Positions 59,800-64,000 of a stretch of DNA of 64,000 nucleotides are shown one piece after another (positions within the stretch are counted from its first letter, which is position 1; each line of letters begins with the position of its first letter). Origin of the DNA: Hydrolagus colliei (Eukaryota); NCBI GenBank assembly GCA_035084275.1, contig CM068757.1, forward strand, positions 558,001 through 622,000, given 5' to 3'. The notes under the pieces are model-generated. The model searched no databases. It was not told where the DNA came from and was given only the letters and a program-made list of their open reading frames with translations. A program made the translations under genes and the position numbers.

Positions 59800-59890
59800 T
59801 CCCTCTGGCCTGCTTCACTCCCCCTAACCCTACCACCATGTGCGGTCAGGCCTTCAATCTCTCTGCCCCCACTCTTTGGAACTCCCTTCT
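59800..59890 (+). mobile_element. L2 ORF2 3' relic
   Basis: Translates 'TTMCGQAFNLSAPTLWNSL', cf. the L2 motif G.RAFS..AP.LWNSLP. Confidence 0.6.
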
Positions 59891-62271
59891 GACGATTATT
59901 AACTTTAAGTAGGAATACAATGACGGAATCACCATCGGCCTATTCCTAGTACGGCATTAGCTCTCTATCCCTCCCAGAAGTACAGTTTAGGTAATTGAAA
60001 TGTTTTTGACCATATGGCAGTCAAATTGGATAACACTGTGCAGGACTGGCACTTTGGTCTGACTGAAACCGAGTGTTTTTATTCTTGTACGATTAAATGT
60101 ACTTTCGCACAGTTGTCATACATTACCCTTTAGACTGGTAACTTTTTTGTTCTATGACCCACGCCCTTGCAGACCAACCAAAGGAAAATGTGATCTACTT
60201 AATGGACACGAGTTTGTTCAGGCAAACTCATGTACAGTATCTCAAGAATGTAGTAAACGTTCCCAATGGGCATCAGTTTTGACTCTCTTCCTCGGTGAAG
60301 ATTTGCTGGGAGAGAGAAAAAAGACCCTTTGTGGAGCAAGCTGTGGGCTTTTGCTGAATCGTGTGCGTTGGGCCAGGTACCGTGGGCAAGCCTGGCATTT
60401 ACCTGATCCTTGCCTTATGTAACGCGTTGATATTTGCTGCTGTCACCGGATACGAAACGGAAAGTGTCCTGTTCTCCGGCAGTGTCACTCCACGTTGTGA
60501 TATATACACGTGCGAACAAAACGTCTTATGTGTAACAAGCGGCAGATTGCCGCGTCTCGTCAACGTGTTTGTACTTTTAGTGAGGAAACATTCATTTGAT
60601 AGAATCATTGTGATCATGTAAATGGATGGGCTTATTGAAAAAATGTGCATGTTTTAGAAACTCAGCCCGCCTGCCTGCTTCAACGCGTTTGCTCCCGCGT
60701 ATTAACACTTGCAGCTTATTATATAACATAAGACTCTGCGGAGAGGCAGGATGATAATGTAATTATGAAGGTGATAATTATTTAAAATGTATTAACATTT
60801 TTCATTTAGCATAGTTTTTTTTTGCATTTTATTTGCAAGATTTTTAAATATTGTCAGTTCTCACTGAATCAAGTTACTGACTGGTACCAGTTCCCTCTGC
60901 TGTGACGAGCATCTGACAAGCCCCAAGTCAATTTCTTTCCTCTAAGGGTTATCGTCAGTATCTCAGTGTATTTCCAGAAACACTTACCTTGTGACATATT
61001 TGGGCGATTTCAGTCATAAAATCGACTACATTTCAATGGCTTCTGCAAACTACCCCAGTCCAACAAAGCTGCAGTAATAGCATTCACACAAATAATTAAC
61101 GGTAGTTTAATAAAATGTTAATTATAAGAGCAGTATTCACCAATGCTTAATAAAAGCTGCTGTGACACTACAATATTCAGCTAACAGTATTTGTTAAATA
61201 GAAAATCCATGACACTAATATTTGCTAATTGTTCATTGGTGAAGTTTTCCTGAAAATTGAACACGCTGTATTAAATATTTATAAGCCATTATTAACTGTT
61301 AATTACTTGGAGATATTTACGGTGCACTTAAATATTCCACAATAGGTTGTAATCTCTTAATAAAATGAAGTGCTCCTCTCCTGTAGCAAGTGGCTCCAAC
61401 GAACAAACTAGTTATAAGATACTGTGAATCCCTGAAAATATAATTTTATACTTCCACGTTTGCCAGACTCCCACAGGCATTAAAAACATATTTTGGTTGT
61501 TAGAATCCAAGTAGAATGAAGTGTTTTCTAAGTAATTGCCTTGACATGCATACGATTTGAAAGGGCGTAAACAATGTTGAGTTTTATTTAACCAAAACAC
61601 AGCCAGGTGATTAGAGTGATCTTTTTATCCCAACCTCATAAATGTTTGTAGCAAAATATCGAGCCATTGCTCTAATGTAAAACATATTAGTGATTTCATT
61701 GCAGAACTGTGCTTTAGAATTGTGGAAGATAAATAAAAGCATGGACTCTATATGAAGAAACTAATTCAATTCAGTCTATATTTTAACGTCATGAATTTAA
61801 ACTCTGAGGCTAAAAGATTACATTGAGGAGTTCATGGGTTTTCATCTTAACTTTGAATGAAAGCAAAGTACAGCTGACTTTTAAATTTAAAAAAAATGTA
61901 CACCTTGATGATGAGCCGAATGACTTCATTAAAACCTAGCCGCTCGCCTCTCTGAAGCCCCCTTGGCTTTCTACAGCTGTGAAATATAACGTTAATGAAA
62001 AAAAATCTATATTTGCCAAGGTTTCATCTCTAGTGTCATCGAAACCTACGATTTTAGACCGATTTGTGAGCATTTTTTTCTCATTGTTGTGTGGAAATGC
62101 CCCAGGCGGCAGCGTCAGTTGTCGGGTTAAGTTTTTAGTGGATAATACAGTGGTTAATTGGAGCTCCTGGGACACGTTGATCAGGGATCCCACTGTTTCA
62201 ATCATGTAGACCATAAGCCTGCTGTACAAGCACATCGTTTGGTCAATTTTCCTGTCGTCTCCTCTGAGGGC

Positions 62272-62370
62272 ACCTGGGGTAAGTTCCACAGGCGCTGAGT
62301 CCCACAGGCCCTAGTCGAAGTGGCCTTTTCTTCATGTGTTAGCCTACAAAAGTGAACGACATTAGAGCAG
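62272..62370 (-). mobile_element. Ancient SINE relic, AmnSINE2-like 3' end
   Basis: Minus strand TAGGCTAACACATGAAGAAAAGGCCACTT...CGCCTGTGGAACTTACCCCAG. Confidence 0.55.
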
Positions 62371-62932
62371 CGCCCAACTGTGTCCTTCAGCAGACGTGCA
62401 CGTGTGCGCCCATTGCAACAAGAACTTGCGTTTATATTGTACCTTTGACTTGTGGTAACGTCTGGGAGGCCTGTAGAGTGGGGTGGGGATGGACGCCGAG
62501 TAAGGAGGGACAGCATACTGTATAGCGAATTTGAAGTGGGAATCGCTGCCTGGTGTGATGTACTACTGTACTGTACACTTTTATCACCCATATCCAAGTT
62601 ATTTGTATTTCCTGTGTGTGAATGTGATGCTTTTAATTGACTGCAATCCTCAGAACCGGCTGGCAGGCAGTGTTACAGTCTCTCTCACACCCTTACACAA
62701 TGCCACTCAGCTGTTTTGAAGGTCAAGGCTCTGTGCTTGACCTAGAAAAGTTGGTGCATTGCCCTCAACGACGGTTGGTGGCCCTCACTGCCTCCGTCTT
62801 CGAAGTATATGGAGTGTCTTTAAATGTCTCCAACGTAGAAATACTGTCTATCAGAGGGAGGGGGTTGTTTTCCTTATATGGAGATTTTTTACTCATCCCA
62901 GTCCCGGGCATCACTATTCATTAAATGGATTC

Positions 62933-63040
62933 TGTGTATGTGTGTATCTATATATATACATATATATATATATACGCACACACATATATTACATACATAT
63001 TGCTTATTTGGGTGTATTTATATACTCTCGTATATAATTT
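62933..63040. repeat. TA/CA-rich degenerate microsatellite
   Basis: Read directly from the sequence. Confidence 0.8.
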
Positions 63041-64000
63041 ATTTATTGCAGTCAGCGGCTGGCTAAGTTATTGTCTCATAATATAGCCCCTGCTACCGTT
63101 CTGCGTGCTGCTTTTGATAATTTATTTCATGGGGGGGGGGGGGAGAAAAATACAAAAAATATTTTAAAAAAATTCCTGAAAAAAGAGCAGTTTGATGACC
63201 CAAATAAACAGAAGGGAAGTTGTAATTAACAAATCACGAGTATGTGTTTCATTAAGTTTCTCGGCTCAGCAATCAACATGAAAATTAACATGTGAATGTG
63301 TGTGTGTGTGTGTTTTAATGTATCATTGCATTGCTCTCCCGCACGAATTTCAAACACCCAATTGTTTGGAAATGTTTCAATTCGTGTTTTAATGCACAAC
63401 AAAGCAGGATGCAATAAAGGAAAGGGAACAGGATGAAGAGGGGAGAGAGCTGTAAGTGGTTAGCCAGAGCAGCCTGCTTCAGTCACTGTTTAAAAAGAAA
63501 ACCCGATTGTGTCTCAAATTAATGTGGAACACGGGTGTTCATTATGACTCAAGGTTTAGATAAAGAAGGTTAAATCAGCTAAAATCTGCTTCCTAATGGG
63601 ATCTACTTACAGATAATAACACTATTTGTCATGCCCTTGATGGTCTAACTTTGGCAATTGCTTAGAAACTATATCAACAGGGAAGTCTAAAGCTTTACAG
63701 TTACCAGGATACCGTTCCTACCGACTGTTTTAGCCAGATACCAGTTGGCTAAAAATAGAGAGTGTAACCATGATTTCAGTGGAAAAAAGATTGTTCAGAT
63801 AAAACAAATTGTATTGATGGCCAAAAAAACAAACGCAAGAATAGCTGGGAGCTTCCTGAAAATAAACCTAGATGTCACACTGTAAAAAAAAAACTTTATT
63901 GGGGACATTAATGCCACCAAGGTTTTTCCTTTGTTAGAATTGGTTCTTGGATTTTAACTGGAAGTTTAAATGGATAGTTTGAAAGAGAACGAGTTTTAGG

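Noticed and set aside
61936-62924. Cluster of 60-131 aa ORFs, and 'DCNPQ' at about 62640 as a possible ELP4 exon 6
   Set aside because: No recognisable homology; part overlaps a SINE relic; there is no GT donor after CAG and no 'LL..I...I...GFD' context, so exon 6 is probably outside the window

Overview
This is vertebrate nuclear genomic DNA. The SINE, LINE and Penelope content points to a cartilaginous fish, probably the elephant shark Callorhinchus milii (inferred, not shown by the sequence). I read three intron-containing genes exon by exon, all with GT-AG junctions and consistent phases. (1) DNAJC24/DPH4, last two coding exons (+, 8993-9373; CSL zinc finger). (2) IMMP1L, complete CDS (-, five coding exons, 24875 to 12808; 168 aa; Ser40/Lys83 catalytic dyad). 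(3) ELP4, exons 1-5 (+, from 40536), head-to-head with IMMP1L across a CpG-island promoter carrying ZNF143, YY1, CCAAT and GC-box motifs. DNAJC24-IMMP1L-ELP4 is the conserved synteny block next to PAX6, so these introns are expected to hold PAX6 long-range enhancers. The rest is about 25 copies or fragments of a tRNA-Ala-headed SINE with an L2-type tail, older DeuSINE-like and AmnSINE2-like relics, L2/CR1/Penelope fragments and simple repeats. Almost all listed ORFs are spurious. I found no convincing new multi-gene system. The best leads are a candidate 15-nt in-frame ELP4 microexon with an SRRM4-type UGC motif, two near-consensus Pax6 sites in ELP4 introns, several CNE-like blocks, a 25-kb zone poor in young SINEs, and loop-variant SINE/L2 3' stem-loops. 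Repeat family names and human protein comparisons come from recollection and need database confirmation; repeat boundaries are approximate.
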